From the NCBI GenBank assembly GCA_963749915.1, contig CAVVOP010000017.1:60538-124537 (forward strand): a stretch of 64,000 nucleotides of DNA. The letters are read 5' to 3'. The DNA comes from an uncultured cyanobacterium (GTDB taxonomy: Bacteria; Cyanobacteriota; Cyanobacteriia; Cyanobacteriales; Cyanobacteriaceae). Both the position numbers and the translations under genes were made by a program. Below, piece after piece: positions 21,636 to 35,600 of the stretch. Numbering within the stretch: position 1 is the stretch's first letter; every line of letters begins with the position of its first letter. The notes below the pieces were generated by a model. It was not told the DNA's origin, searched no databases, and saw nothing but the letters and a program-made list of their open reading frames with translations.

Positions 21636-22565
21636 TTATAAAACCTGTGCCCTTAACCATGCTACAGGTAAATAAAACATTTTACGGGGAGTTGATACAA
21701 AAGCACGGTATTTAAAGACATCATAGTTATTTTTGACGATGACATCGAGGATGCCTTGATATATCATTAAAGCAGACCACACGGGCCAACGTCCATCAGG
21801 ATTTAAGGCTTTAATACCGCTTTCGGCTTGTTGATAGTAGTCTTTAGCTCGGTTTATTTGAAACTCCATTAAACTACGCCAACGATCGTCAATTACACCA
21901 TTAAATAAGTCTTCCTCGGTATAATTAAACTTTTCTAAGTCTTCTAAGGGTAAATAGATACGATTTCTACTTGTATCTTCCCCTACGTCTCGGAGAATGT
22001 TGGTTAATTGATTGGCAATACCAAGGGCGATCGCTTCTTCTTTGGGAATATATACTGAATTATGATACCAAGGGGCGTTTAAGTAAGTTTCATCCACTCC
22101 CAACACGTCTGAAGACATTAAGCCCACAGTTCCAGCCACACGGTAACAGTAAAGTTTTAACTCCTCAAAAGTCTCATAACGATTGCGGTGTAAATCCATT
22201 CTTTGCCCAGCAATCATATCCTTAAAGGGTTGAATATCCATCGGAAAACGCTGGAGAGTGTCCACTAACGCCACATCGGGATCATCGATAGGTTGCCCTG
22301 CAAATACTGATTCTAACTGTTGTTCCCATAAATTAAGGGTTTCGGGAGTTGTTAACTTGGCTTGAGGACCATCCACTAATTCATCTGTACGCCGACACCA
22401 GACATATATCGCCCAGATAGCACATCTTTTCTCTTTGGGCATCAATAAAGTGCCCAAATAAAAGGTTTTAGAATACTTTGCTGTTACCTGACGACAGTAT
22501 TCATAAGATTCCTCTGGGGAGGCTAAGGGTTGTTTCGGTTGTAATTTTTTATGCAGTTGCAGCAT
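21636..22565 (-). CDS. crtB: Phytoene synthase
   Basis: YSKTFYLGT, RRTDELVD, YCYRVAGTVG and QLTNILRDVGED motifs. Confidence 0.97.
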   Translation of the reverse strand: MLQLHKKLQPKQPLASPEESYEYCRQVTAKYSKTFYLGTLLMPKEKRCAIWAIYVWCRRTDELVDGPQAKLTTPETLNLWEQQLESVFAGQPIDDPDVALVDTLQRFPMDIQPFKDMIAGQRMDLHRNRYETFEELKLYCYRVAGTVGLMSSDVLGVDETYLNAPWYHNSVYIPKEEAIALGIANQLTNILRDVGEDTSRNRIYLPLEDLEKFNYTEEDLFNGVIDDRWRSLMEFQINRAKDYYQQAESGIKALNPDGRWPVWSALMIYQGILDVIVKNNYDVFKYRAFVSTPRKMFYLPVAWLRAQVL

Positions 22566-22684
22566 TCATCCCTGCTGAAATAGTTAGCTAAATATAAATT
22601 TTAAAATAAGAATGATGACAATTCTATAGTATTGTCTCACTTTCTGACCCATTTTCATAATTGATTATCGGTCAACTTCTTTCT

Positions 22685-22752
22685 GTAGAGCAAGTATTCT
22701 CACCAACCTACAAAAAGAGGTTTCAATTTAGGTTGGGCAATGCTAACCCCAC
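22685..22752. repeat. Degenerate REP-like palindromic doublet between crtP and crtB
   Basis: GTAG...CCAACCTAC paired with TAGGTTGGGCAATGCTAACCCCAC, resembling GTAG-family REPs. Confidence 0.45.
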
Positions 22753-22754
22753 TG

Positions 22755-24173
<1,419 letters not shown>

Positions 24174-24385
24174 CTATTTTTTGTTTACTGTTTTACTATT
24201 TCTCCCTACTATTTTAGTAGCAATTCTTGACATTTCGTTACATTTTTTAAAGATTTTTTTGGCCGATGGTTTATTCCTCGTGTTTTACCATTTATGAATG
24301 GGATAATTTATCAACTTCGTGGGAACATTGACACATTATTTCAAACCGTGGCACCAAACTATATTCTGAAAGAATACAGAGGTGA

Positions 24386-24459
24386 TGGACGTAACTGGAT
24401 TCGAACCAGTGACCCCATCGATGTCAACGATGTACTCTAACCAACTGAGCTATACGTCC
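24386..24459 (-). tRNA. trnV: tRNA-Val(GAC)
   Basis: Reverse complement GGACGTATAGCTCAGTTGGTTAGAGTACATCGTTGACATCGATGGGGTCACTGGTTCGAATCCAGTTACGTCCA folds as a cloverleaf with anticodon GAC. CCA is not encoded. Confidence 0.96.
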
Positions 24460-24665
24460 TCGTCAGAAACCATTATATCTTCAATAATTAAGATCTGGCA
24501 AGGATGTTTTGGTTTTTGGCAGATTTCTACAATACATACACTAATAGTAAGTATTCTTTAACTGAGTCCCTCCATAAGATGAAAGTCTCATGTTCCGTTC
24601 TAAATACAAGTGATAGTAGTGATATAATGACTTCGTTTAACATTTAAGAATAAACTAAACAGTCT

Positions 24666-25169
24666 TTGAGTCAATCACTAGAAATTCCGAAACTCGATAC
24701 CTTGGCGCAAGAATTAGCAGCTATTCAGCAAACTAGCTCAAAAAAGATAGCTATGCTAGGTTCTCGCCATGTTCCGATCACTCATCAACATTTAATCGAA
24801 ATGATGAGTTACGCACTTGTGTTAGAAGGCAATAGAATCATTACCTCTGGTTCAGCGGGTACCAACTCCGCAGCTATCCGAGGGGCAATGCGTGCCGATC
24901 CCAATTTGCTGACAGTAATACTACCCCAAAGTCTTAACCGGCAACCGAGAGAATCACAGGATCAACTCAATCAGGTCATTCACTTAGTAGAAAATCCTGA
25001 TCATGATCATCTTTCTTTAGGAGAAGCTAGTGCTATTTGCAACCGTGACATTATTTCTCGTTGTCAGCAATTGATTTGTTTTGCTTTTCATGATAGTCAT
25101 ACTCTAATGCAAACTTGCGAAGAGGCTGATGAACAACGAAAATTAGTCACTCGATTTTATTTTGATTAA
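24666..25169 (+). CDS. Small DprA/SMF-like Rossmann-fold protein ('DNA recombination-mediator protein A' family)
   Basis: IAMLGSRH, IITSGSAGTN and CNRDIISRCQQLICFAFHDS. Conserved cyanobacterial protein with a TTG start. Confidence 0.75.
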   Translation: MSQSLEIPKLDTLAQELAAIQQTSSKKIAMLGSRHVPITHQHLIEMMSYALVLEGNRIITSGSAGTNSAAIRGAMRADPNLLTVILPQSLNRQPRESQDQLNQVIHLVENPDHDHLSLGEASAICNRDIISRCQQLICFAFHDSHTLMQTCEEADEQRKLVTRFYFD

Positions 25170-25406
25170 TTGTGCAAGGGGATTTACCGCCAGAGGCTTA
25201 AGGCAAAAACATCTGATTTTGTCTTGTCTCATGGTCAAAATATTTTACTTTAAGTAGTATCAAGGAAAAGTATTTATAAATTAAAATCAAGGAACGTTGA
25301 GATTAAGATACAACTGGAGAAAATCATCATTAGTCATGAGTATTTGATAAAGATGTGAGATAATTAAGTATTGTTAACAAAATTATTAACTAACATATTA
25401 TATTAC

Positions 25407-26075
25407 GTGGATAGACTTCGCACTGTTTCTGATACTAAAAGAAATTTTTACCAGCATCATAATCGCCCCATTAATTCAATTTATCGCCGGGTGGTAGAAG
25501 AATTAATGGTAGAAATGCACTTACTCTCTGTGAATGTTGATTTTCGTTCTGACCCTCTTTATTATTTGGGTGTTTGTCAGAGTTTCACTCAATTTATGAA
25601 CGGTTATACCCCAGAATCTGAAAAAGAATCTATTTTCCGGGCATTATGTGAATCCATTGGAGATAATCCTGATGAATACCGTCAAAAATCTGAGACTTTA
25701 CTTAATTTCGCTACCCAAAAGTCTCCCCAAGATTTAATTGATTGGTTACTCCATCCCCAAAATGATAAAGGTTTAGAAGCGATCGCTGATCAGTGGCGTT
25801 ATGGATTAGATAATCCTAATTTTAAATATAGTCGTTTATTTGCCATCGGATTCTATAGTTTATTAGAAAAAAGTGATCCAGAAATGGTTAAAGATGAAGA
25901 AAAATTTACGGAGTTAATTAAACCTTTGACCGAAAAATTAAACTTACCGGTAGAAAAACTTAAAAAAGATCTAGATTTATATCGCAGTAATATTGAAAAA
26001 ATGACTCAAATGCTAATCGTGTTAGCGGATACCTTGGAAGCTAGTAAGAAAAAAAGACTCGAAAAAGCAAGTTAA
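25407..26075 (+). CDS. psb29: Photosystem II biogenesis protein Psb29/Thf1
   Basis: RTVSDTKRNF...PINSIYRRVVEELMVEMHLL, FKYSRLFAIG and KDLDLYRSN. GTG start assumed. Confidence 0.95.
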   Translation: MDRLRTVSDTKRNFYQHHNRPINSIYRRVVEELMVEMHLLSVNVDFRSDPLYYLGVCQSFTQFMNGYTPESEKESIFRALCESIGDNPDEYRQKSETLLNFATQKSPQDLIDWLLHPQNDKGLEAIADQWRYGLDNPNFKYSRLFAIGFYSLLEKSDPEMVKDEEKFTELIKPLTEKLNLPVEKLKKDLDLYRSNIEKMTQMLIVLADTLEASKKKRLEKAS

Positions 26076-26101
26076 ATGAGTTAGGGTTTCGGATTTTCTG
26101 A

Positions 26102-27466
<1,365 letters not shown>

Positions 27467-27479
27467 TTTATCTTAGGAA

Positions 27480-27660
27480 GTGTTAAAGAAAACAAAATTA
27501 TATTTAAATATGAAGAAAAGTAACAAAATGTTGACTTAAATGAGAAAACATCGAGTTTGAAAACCTTGTCTGAGGGAATATTAAGCAAATTTTAAATATT
27601 GTTAAGCAATCTCCACATTAGTGACAAAATACCATTATCATCTTGATTAATCTAGTAGTT
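27480..27660 (+). promoter_or_regulatory. psaAB promoter region with AT-rich upstream elements (possible RpaB/HLR1 sites)
   Basis: Intergenic AT-rich tracts such as AAAGTAACAAAATGTTGAC and TTTAAATATTGTTAAG upstream of psaA. Assigned by position and resemblance only. Confidence 0.35.
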
Positions 27661-27689
27661 TAAGTATTTTGTCGAGAGAGGAGTTCCTC

Positions 27690-29942
27690 ATGACAGTAAG
27701 CCCTCAAAAAGAGGCGAAAGCTAAAGTTATCGTTGATAAAGATCCAGTTCCTACCTCCTTTGAAAAATGGGGCAAGCCCGGACACTTTGATCGTACTTTA
27801 GCTAGAGGTCCAAAAACCACCACTTGGATTTGGAACCTTCACGCCGATGCACACGATTTCGATAGTCAAACCAGTGATTTAGAAGATATTTCTCGTAAAA
27901 TCTTCAGCGCTCACTTCGGTCATTTAGCAGTAGTATTCGTTTGGTTGAGTGGGATGTACTTCCACGGAGCTAAGTTTTCCAACTACTCCGCCTGGTTAGC
28001 AGATCCTTTAAACATTAAACCAAGCGCCCAAGTTGTCTGGCCCATAGTCGGTCAAGATATCCTCAACGCCGATGTGGGCGGTGGCTTCCACGGTATTCAA
28101 ATTACATCCGGCTTCTTCCAATTATGGAGAGCCTCTGGTATTACCAACGAGTACCAGCTTTATGTAACCGCTATTGGTGGTTTAGTAATGGCTGGTTTAA
28201 TGCTCTTTGCCGGTTGGTTTCACTACCACAAAGCCGCACCTAAGTTGGAATGGTTCCAGAATACGGAATCCATGCTAAACCACCACTTAGCTGGTTTATT
28301 AGGGTTAGGTTCTTTAGGTTGGGCTGGACACCAAATTCATGTATCTTTACCTATTAATAAGTTATTAGATGCAGGGGTTGCACCCGGTGATATTCCTTTA
28401 CCTCATGAATTTTTATTCGACACCGCTAAAATGGCTGAGTTATATCCCAGCTTTGCTCAGGGTTTAACTCCATTCTTTACCTTGAATTGGGGAGTTTATT
28501 CTGACTTCTTAACCTTTAAAGGTGGTTTAAATCCTGTTACTGGTGGCCTATGGTTGTCTGATACTGCTCACCATCACTTGGCGATCGCAGTGTTATTCAT
28601 CATCGCAGGTCATATGTACCGCACCAACTGGGGTATTGGTCATAGCATTAAAGAGATCTTAGAAGGACATAAAGGCCCCTTTACTGGAGAGGGTCATAAA
28701 GGACTCTATGAAATATTAACCACTTCGTGGCACGCTCAATTAGCCATCAACCTCGCTTTGTTAGGTTCTTTGACTATTATTGTGGCTCACCATATGTATG
28801 CTATGCCTCCTTATCCCTACATGGCTACCGACTACGGTACTCAGTTATCGCTGTTTACTCACCATACTTGGATCGGTGGATTCTTAATTGTAGGTGCAGG
28901 TGCTCACGCCGCTATCTTCATGGTTCGTGACTATGATCCTGCTAAGAACGTTAATAACCTCTTAGACAGAGTATTGCGTCAACGTGATGCATTAATTTCT
29001 CACCTCAACTGGGTATGTATCTTCTTGGGCTTCCACAGCTTTGGGTTGTACATTCATAATGACACCATGAGAGCTTTGGGTCGTCCTCAAGATATGTTCT
29101 CCGATACCGCAATTCAGCTACAACCAATATTCGCTCAATGGATACAAGGTCTCCACACTGCGGCAGCTGGTGCAACGGCTCCTTTTGCGGGTGCAACGGC
29201 TAGTTACGCTTTCGGTGGCGACATCGTGGCCGTAGGTGGCAAAGTAGCGATGATGCCTATCACTTTAGGTACTGCTGATTTCATGGTTCACCATATTCAT
29301 GCCTTTACCATTCACGTTACCGTCTTAATCCTCCTTAAAGGTGTGCTTTATGCCCGTAGCTCCAGACTTATCCCTGATAAAGCTGAGTTAGGCTTCCGCT
29401 TCCCCTGTGATGGACCTGGTCGTGGTGGTACTTGTCAAGTATCTGGATGGGATCATGTCTTCTTGGGCTTATTCTGGATGTACAATTCCTTATCCATTGT
29501 TATCTTCCACTTCAGTTGGAAAATGCAGTCCGATGTTTGGGGAACTGTCTTACCTGATGGTAGTGTTTCTCACATCACTGGTGGCAACTTTGCCCAAAGT
29601 GCTATCTCTATCAACGGTTGGTTACGTGACTTCTTATGGGCTCAAGCTGCTAACGTAATTAACTCTTACGGTTCTGCTTTATCTGCTTATGGCATTATGT
29701 TCTTAGCAGGTCACTTTATCTTTGCCTTCAGCTTAATGTTCCTCTTTAGTGGACGTGGCTACTGGCAAGAGTTAATTGAGTCCATTGTTTGGGCACATAA
29801 CAAACTTAAATTAGCTCCCGCCATCCAACCTCGTGCTTTGAGTATTATTCAGGGTCGTGCGGTAGGTGTAGCTCACTATCTTTTAGGAGGTATCGTGACT
29901 ACATGGGCATTCTTCCTCTGTCGTATCCTATCGGTAGGTTAA
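27690..29942 (+). CDS. psaA: Photosystem I P700 apoprotein A1
   Basis: MTVSP...[16 protein letters not shown] and the [12 protein letters not shown]x motif. RBS AGAGGAG lies upstream of ATG 27690. Confidence 0.99.
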   Translation: MTVSPQKEAKAKVIVDKDPVPTSFEKWGKPGHFDRTLARGPKTTTWIWNLHADAHDFDSQTSDLEDISRKIFSAHFGHLAVVFVWLSGMYFHGAKFSNYSAWLADPLNIKPSAQVVWPIVGQDILNADVGGGFHGIQITSGFFQLWRASGITNEYQLYVTAIGGLVMAGLMLFAGWFHYHKAAPKLEWFQNTESMLNHHLAGLLGLGSLGWAGHQIHVSLPINKLLDAGVAPGDIPLPHEFLFDTAKMAELYPSFAQGLTPFFTLNWGVYSDFLTFKGGLNPVTGGLWLSDTAHHHLAIAVLFIIAGHMYRTNWGIGHSIKEILEGHKGPFTGEGHKGLYEILTTSWHAQLAINLALLGSLTIIVAHHMYAMPPYPYMATDYGTQLSLFTHHTWIGGFLIVGAGAHAAIFMVRDYDPAKNVNNLLDRVLRQRDALISHLNWVCIFLGFHSFGLYIHNDTMRALGRPQDMFSDTAIQLQPIFAQWIQGLHTAAAGATAPFAGATASYAFGGDIVAVGGKVAMMPITLGTADFMVHHIHAFTIHVTVLILLKGVLYARSSRLIPDKAELGFRFPCDGPGRGGTCQVSGWDHVFLGLFWMYNSLSIVIFHFSWKMQSDVWGTVLPDGSVSHITGGNFAQSAISINGWLRDFLWAQAANVINSYGSALSAYGIMFLAGHFIFAFSLMFLFSGRGYWQELIESIVWAHNKLKLAPAIQPRALSIIQGRAVGVAHYLLGGIVTTWAFFLCRILSVG

Positions 29943-30214
29943 GAATGTAAACTTTCACTAACAATTGGGAGTGAACTCGGCAAAATAAGTTATAAAATAA
30001 CCAATAAAGCCGTTTTAACAGCGAAGAGTTAATCGAGAAAAGTCAATAGTTTATTTAAAAACTTGACGACTATTAACTACTTAAAAAACAACTTTTTAAA
30101 AACTTGCCTAGGTTCTTATACTTTAAGCTCTGGGCAAGAGCAAAAAACAAAATAGAGCAGCGTATTTGCAACGTTGACCCTCATTGTGTAACAGGAGAAT
30201 TCCTTAAAAAAGCT

Positions 30215-32431
30215 ATGGCAACTAAATTTCCCAAATTTAGCCAAGATTTAGCCCAAGATCCAACTACACGCCGGATATGGTACGGAATTGCTACCGCTCA
30301 TGACTTTGAAACCCATGACGGTATGACCGAAGAGAATCTCTACCAAAAGATTTTTGCTTCTCATTTTGGTCACTTGGCAATCATTTTCTTATGGACTTCC
30401 GGAACTGTATTCCATGTAGCTTGGCAAGGCAATTTTGAGCAATGGATCAAAGATCCTTTAAACGTCCGTCCCATCGCCCATGCAATTTGGGATCCTCATT
30501 TCGGTCAGGGTGCTATTGATGCTTTCACCCAAGCTGGTGCTTCTGGCCCGGTAAACGTGGCTTATTCCGGTGTTTACCATTGGTTCTACACCATCGGCAT
30601 GACCACTAACCAAGATTTATATACTGGTGCATTATTCTTACTAATAGTGTCTGCCTTTTATTTATTTGCTGGTTGGTTACACTTACAACCTAAGTTCCGT
30701 CCTAGCCTTTCTTGGTTCAAAAATGCTGAGTCCCGTTTGAATCACCATTTAGCTGGTTTATTCGGTGTTAGTTCTTTAGCATGGACTGGTCACTTAGTAC
30801 ACGTTGCTATCCCCGAATCTCGTGGTGTTCACGTTGGTTGGGATAACTTCTTAAGTGTTAAACCTCACCCCGCCGGATTAGCTCCTTTCTTTACTGGTAA
30901 TTGGGGCGTTTATGCTCAAAACCCTGATACAGCTAGTCATGTTTTCGGAACTTCTGATGGTGCAGGAACTGCGATTTTAACCTTCTTGGGTGGTTTCCAT
31001 CCTCAAACCGAATCCCTCTGGTTGACTGATATTGCTCATCACCATTTGGCGATCGCTGTTATCTTCATCGTTGCTGGTCATATGTACCGCACTAACTGGG
31101 GAATTGGTCACAGCATCAAAGACATTCTGGCGGCCCACAATCCTCCTCAAGGTACTCCTTTTGGTGGTGCATTAGGTGCAGGACACAGAGGTTTATATGA
31201 CACCATTAATAACTCCTTACACTTCCAGTTAGGTTTAGCCCTAGCTTCTTTAGGGGTTATTACTTCCTTGGTGGCTCAACATATGTACTCTTTGCCTTCT
31301 TATGTGTTTATCGCTAAGGACTATACCACCCAAGCAGCTCTTTACACTCATCACCAGTACATCGCTGGTTTCTTGATGGTAGGTGCTTTTGCTCACGGTG
31401 CTATCTTCTTCGTCCGTGACTATGATCCTGAAGCGAACAAGGATAACGTTTTAGCTCGGATGTTAGAACACAAAGAGGCGATTATTTCTCACTTAAGCTG
31501 GGTATCTCTTTTCTTAGGTTTCCACACTTTAGGACTTTATGTTCACAATGATGTTGTGGTTGCCTTCGGTACTCCTGAGAAACAAATCCTCATTGAACCT
31601 GTCTTTGCTCAATTTGTCCAAGCGGCTTCTGGTAAAGCTCTCTACGGTTTTGACACTTTGTTATCTAACCCTGAAAGCGTTGCTTCCACCGCTAGTGCTG
31701 TATGGTTACCTGGTTGGTTAGATGCCATTAACAGCGGTACTAACTCTTTATTCCTCAACATTGGACCTGGTGACTTCTTAGTACACCATGCGATCGCATT
31801 AGGATTGCACACCACTACCTTAATTTTGGTAAAAGGTGCGTTAGATGCCCGTGGTTCTAAATTAATGCCCGACAAAAAAGACTTCGGTTTCTCCTTCCCC
31901 TGTGATGGACCTGGTCGTGGCGGTACTTGTGACATCTCTGCATGGGATGCCTTCTACTTAGCTATGTTCTGGATGCTTAATACTTTAGGTTGGTTAACCT
32001 TCTACTGGCATTGGAAACACCTCGGTATCTGGCAAGGTAATGTTGCTCAGTTCAATGAAAACTCCACCTATTTAATGGGTTGGTTCAGGGATTATTTATG
32101 GGCAAACTCCGCTCAGTTAATCAACGGTTACAATCCTTATGGTGTAAATAACCTTTCCGTCTGGGCATGGATGTTCTTATTTGGACACCTTGTTTGGGCA
32201 ACTGGTTTCATGTTCTTAATCTCTTGGCGGGGTTACTGGCAAGAATTAATTGAAACCATCGTTTGGGCACACGAACGCACTCCTCTAGCTAACTTAGTTC
32301 GCTGGAAAGACAAACCCGTTGCTCTTTCGATCGTTCAAGCTCGTTTGGTTGGTTTAGCCCACTTCACCGTTGGCTATATCCTTACCTACGCCGCCTTCTT
32401 AATTGCTTCTACTGCTGGAAAGTTCGGTTAA
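30215..32431 (+). CDS. psaB: Photosystem I P700 apoprotein A2
   Basis: [22 protein letters not shown] start, [13 protein letters not shown] and ASTAGKFG end. Confidence 0.99.
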   Translation: MATKFPKFSQDLAQDPTTRRIWYGIATAHDFETHDGMTEENLYQKIFASHFGHLAIIFLWTSGTVFHVAWQGNFEQWIKDPLNVRPIAHAIWDPHFGQGAIDAFTQAGASGPVNVAYSGVYHWFYTIGMTTNQDLYTGALFLLIVSAFYLFAGWLHLQPKFRPSLSWFKNAESRLNHHLAGLFGVSSLAWTGHLVHVAIPESRGVHVGWDNFLSVKPHPAGLAPFFTGNWGVYAQNPDTASHVFGTSDGAGTAILTFLGGFHPQTESLWLTDIAHHHLAIAVIFIVAGHMYRTNWGIGHSIKDILAAHNPPQGTPFGGALGAGHRGLYDTINNSLHFQLGLALASLGVITSLVAQHMYSLPSYVFIAKDYTTQAALYTHHQYIAGFLMVGAFAHGAIFFVRDYDPEANKDNVLARMLEHKEAIISHLSWVSLFLGFHTLGLYVHNDVVVAFGTPEKQILIEPVFAQFVQAASGKALYGFDTLLSNPESVASTASAVWLPGWLDAINSGTNSLFLNIGPGDFLVHHAIALGLHTTTLILVKGALDARGSKLMPDKKDFGFSFPCDGPGRGGTCDISAWDAFYLAMFWMLNTLGWLTFYWHWKHLGIWQGNVAQFNENSTYLMGWFRDYLWANSAQLINGYNPYGVNNLSVWAWMFLFGHLVWATGFMFLISWRGYWQELIETIVWAHERTPLANLVRWKDKPVALSIVQARLVGLAHFTVGYILTYAAFLIASTAGKFG

Positions 32432-32463
32432 AGATAATTTACGCAGTTTAAGTGATTGAATAT

Positions 32464-32496
32464 AAGCCCTCTACCTTCTTGGTGGGGGGGTTTTAA
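32464..32496 (+). terminator. Rho-independent terminator after psaB
   Basis: GC-rich hairpin AAGCCCTCTACC-TTCTT-GGTGGGGGGG followed by TTTT. Confidence 0.7.
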
Positions 32497-32649
32497 TTTA
32501 TGTCCTAGCAACATAAGTATAGTTTAGGGCAGATCAAGGATTTTAATCTGTGTTGCAATCCTAAATAATTCGTCATAAATCAATATTTAGACTGCTATAT
32601 TAGTTGAGAGGGTTTGAATTGTCATTATGATACTTTGAAAATAAATTTC

Positions 32650-35600
32650 ATGCTTAATTCTTATACCAATCCCGACAAAATCCGTAATCAATTAATTAAA
32701 ATCTATCAGGAATTGCCACCAAAGGAAAGGCAAATGGTACAGTTATTCTCAGTGATTTATGAGCCTGTTAGTAGAACCAGTTTTATGTCATGTCTGGGTT
32801 ATGCAGGAATTAGAGATGACAATGGAAAAGCCTTTATTAGCAAAACTCTTAAACCGTATATCGATAGGTTGTTGGATTTGGGAGTAATCATACAACAACA
32901 AGGAGAAAGTCCTCAATGTCATCCTCTCTTAGCAGAAATTGCCACTCGTGACGCTATCAAAGAGGGAAATTTTGAGAATTTTGCACGAATATCTGAAAAA
33001 CAATTACCGAGCAAAAGTCATTATACTATTTACCGCAATCAAAATCCAGCTTACTTTTTAAGAGGTCTCCGTTTTGGTATTTATCGTCGCAAGTTAAATT
33101 CCGTTTTTGAAGAATATGACAGATACTACCAATATAATTACGGTAAGCCTCGACTATCTTGGGACGATGTACTTCTTCAAATCTTTGACAATCCTTTGGA
33201 TGGTGATTGGTTATGTAGCCAACCTTTGGAGTTGTATCAAAATGCCATTTCGGCTATTTTATCACGGTCAGAAGAAAAATTAATCCCCATAGATGACGCT
33301 TTTAATCTTCTCTATGAACAGTGTTTTAACAAGAAAGTATCTGCTTCAGATTATCTTTTATTTTTGCTATCACAACAGTTATGTTTCAGGGGAAATTGGC
33401 AAAAATTAGAAGATTGTTTAAAAGAAATATCTTCAGATAATCAAATTAACGTCCCAATTTTTTGGGGATGGTTTTATTTTATCACAGCACAGAATGAAAA
33501 GGCGATCGCCACTTACACCCAAGCCCATAAAGATATACAAAAGGCTACAAGAAAGAAAAAAATTTATTTTAACTCCATATCAGGTATCTTTTTTATTCTG
33601 GCACTCATTAAAGAAGGTTCTAATAAATGTTTGCAACAAGCTAAAGATTATGCCACCATGATTGCCAATGATGATGATCACTGGTTGCAAGAAATTTATA
33701 TCAGATTAAAACGAGTAATTGCTGTTCAACTGGGGGACATCTCACAAAAAAACTTGATTATTTCAGAACGTATCCCCAATTACACAGTGGGGAAAAATCG
33801 TGCTTTAACTACTCTGTTTTCCTGTTTATGTTTGTACTGGGTAGATGAAAAAAAGGCAAAAGAAACTTTACCAAAAATCTTACTATCTTTATTTACAGAT
33901 GCTCAGAATGCTGGTTATTATTGGATAGCAAGGGAAGCAGGAATATTGTTAACTAAACTTAAACCCCACGAAAAACTAGAGATGAAACCTGAAGTATGGA
34001 AATTATCCCGAGATTTAGGAATACAAAGTTTAGCCGAGATAATTCAACCTCAAGAGGAATGGCAACTATCTCTAAAGGCCCTTATTGAACTTCAACCTAA
34101 AAAAACGGAATCCCCCTCAACTTTAAGAGAAAAAAGATTAGCTTGGTTTATTAATCTCTACAGCAGTAGTAACTGGACAGTACAGCCCAAAGAACAAGCC
34201 GTTAACAGTAAAGGAGAATGGACAAAAGGACGTGCCATCGCCCTGAAAAGACTAAAAAATAGCCAAGACGAGTTTAACTATCTCACTCCCCAAGATTTGA
34301 AAGCTTGCTCTCAGATAGAAACCTCTTATTCTGGTTATTATGGTGGTACAGAATACCAATTTAAACCAAAAGTGATTTGCGAATTAATTGGACACCCGTT
34401 AGTGTTTTGGGGAAGCACCCCCAACATTAAAATAGAAGTTATTAAAGGTGAACCACAATTACAGGTGCACAAAACCAAAGATGGAAAAATTACTTTAAAC
34501 TTTGTTCCGACAGTTAAAGCAGATCAAGATATTCTGGTAATGCAAGAAACCCCCACTTGTATTAAGGTAATTGCGATTCAACCCGAACATCGCCGCATTA
34601 CTGAAATTTTGGGTAAGCAAAATAAATTAACGATTCCTGCCAAGGCTGAAAAGATGGTATTATCAGCCATCAATAGTGTTTCCCAGCTAGTAACAATTCA
34701 CTCGGATATTGGGGTAGGTGCAGAAGATACCCCCGAAGTTCCATGTCATTCTTTACCTCACATTCATCTTTTACCCGCAGGAGAAGGCTTAAAAGTTACT
34801 ATCTTATGCCGTCCTTTTGGGGAAAATGGTCCCTATTATCGCCCCGGTAATGGCGGAGAAACGGTAATTGCGGAAATAAAAGGGCAACGATTACAAACTA
34901 AACGAGACTTACAGTTAGAGAAAAAATTAGCTCAAGAGGCGATCGCCAAGTGTCCCACTTTAATCCTTTATTCTGATGATCTAGGAGAATGGTTAATTGA
35001 AAACCCTGAAGATTGTTTGGAGTTATTACTAGAATTACAGGCATTAGGGGAAGAGGTAATAATTGAGTGGCCCCAAGGGGAAAAACTGAAAGTAACTCAT
35101 AGAGCTAATTTTGACAATCTACGCCTACAAATTAAAGGACAAAAAGACTGGTTTTCTGTGGATGGGGAATTACAGTTAGATGATAGTTTGGTTTTAGAAT
35201 TACAACAGTTATTAGAACTATTAGAAAAAAGTCCTAGTCGTTTTGTCCCCATGGGAGAAGGGCAATTTTTGGCTCTGACCCAAGAGTTTCGCCAAAGATT
35301 AGAGGAATTCAAAGCCTTTTCAGAAAAACAAGGTAAGGGCAGACGTTTTCATCGTTTTTCTTCCCTTGCGCTGGAGGAATTTATCGATGAAGCTGGGCAA
35401 GTAAAAGCTGATAAACAGTGGAAAACACACCTACAAAAATTACGAGAAATGGAGAGTTTGGAGCCTCAAATTCCCTCTACCCTACAGGCGGAATTAAGAG
35501 ACTATCAAATAGAGGGTTTTAACTGGTTAGCCCGTTTATCTCATTGGGGTGTAGGGGCTTGTTTAGCCGATGATATGGGTTTGGGGAAAACCTTACAAGC

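Noticed and set aside
24386..24459. tRNA-Val as an integration site
   Set aside because: I saw no duplicated tRNA 3' end or nearby integrase, and it is flanked by core genes.
29943..30214. 272-bp psaA-psaB spacer as an ncRNA, or an N-terminally extended PsaB (ORF from 30104)
   Set aside because: Spacers of this order occur in unicellular cyanobacteria. The canonical MATKFPKF start at 30215 explains the gene, and only weak inverted repeats are present.
27690..32431. Far-red-light (FaRLiP) psaA2/psaB2 paralogues
   Set aside because: The sequences look like standard PsaA/PsaB, and no rfp, apc or psb paralogue cluster is adjacent.
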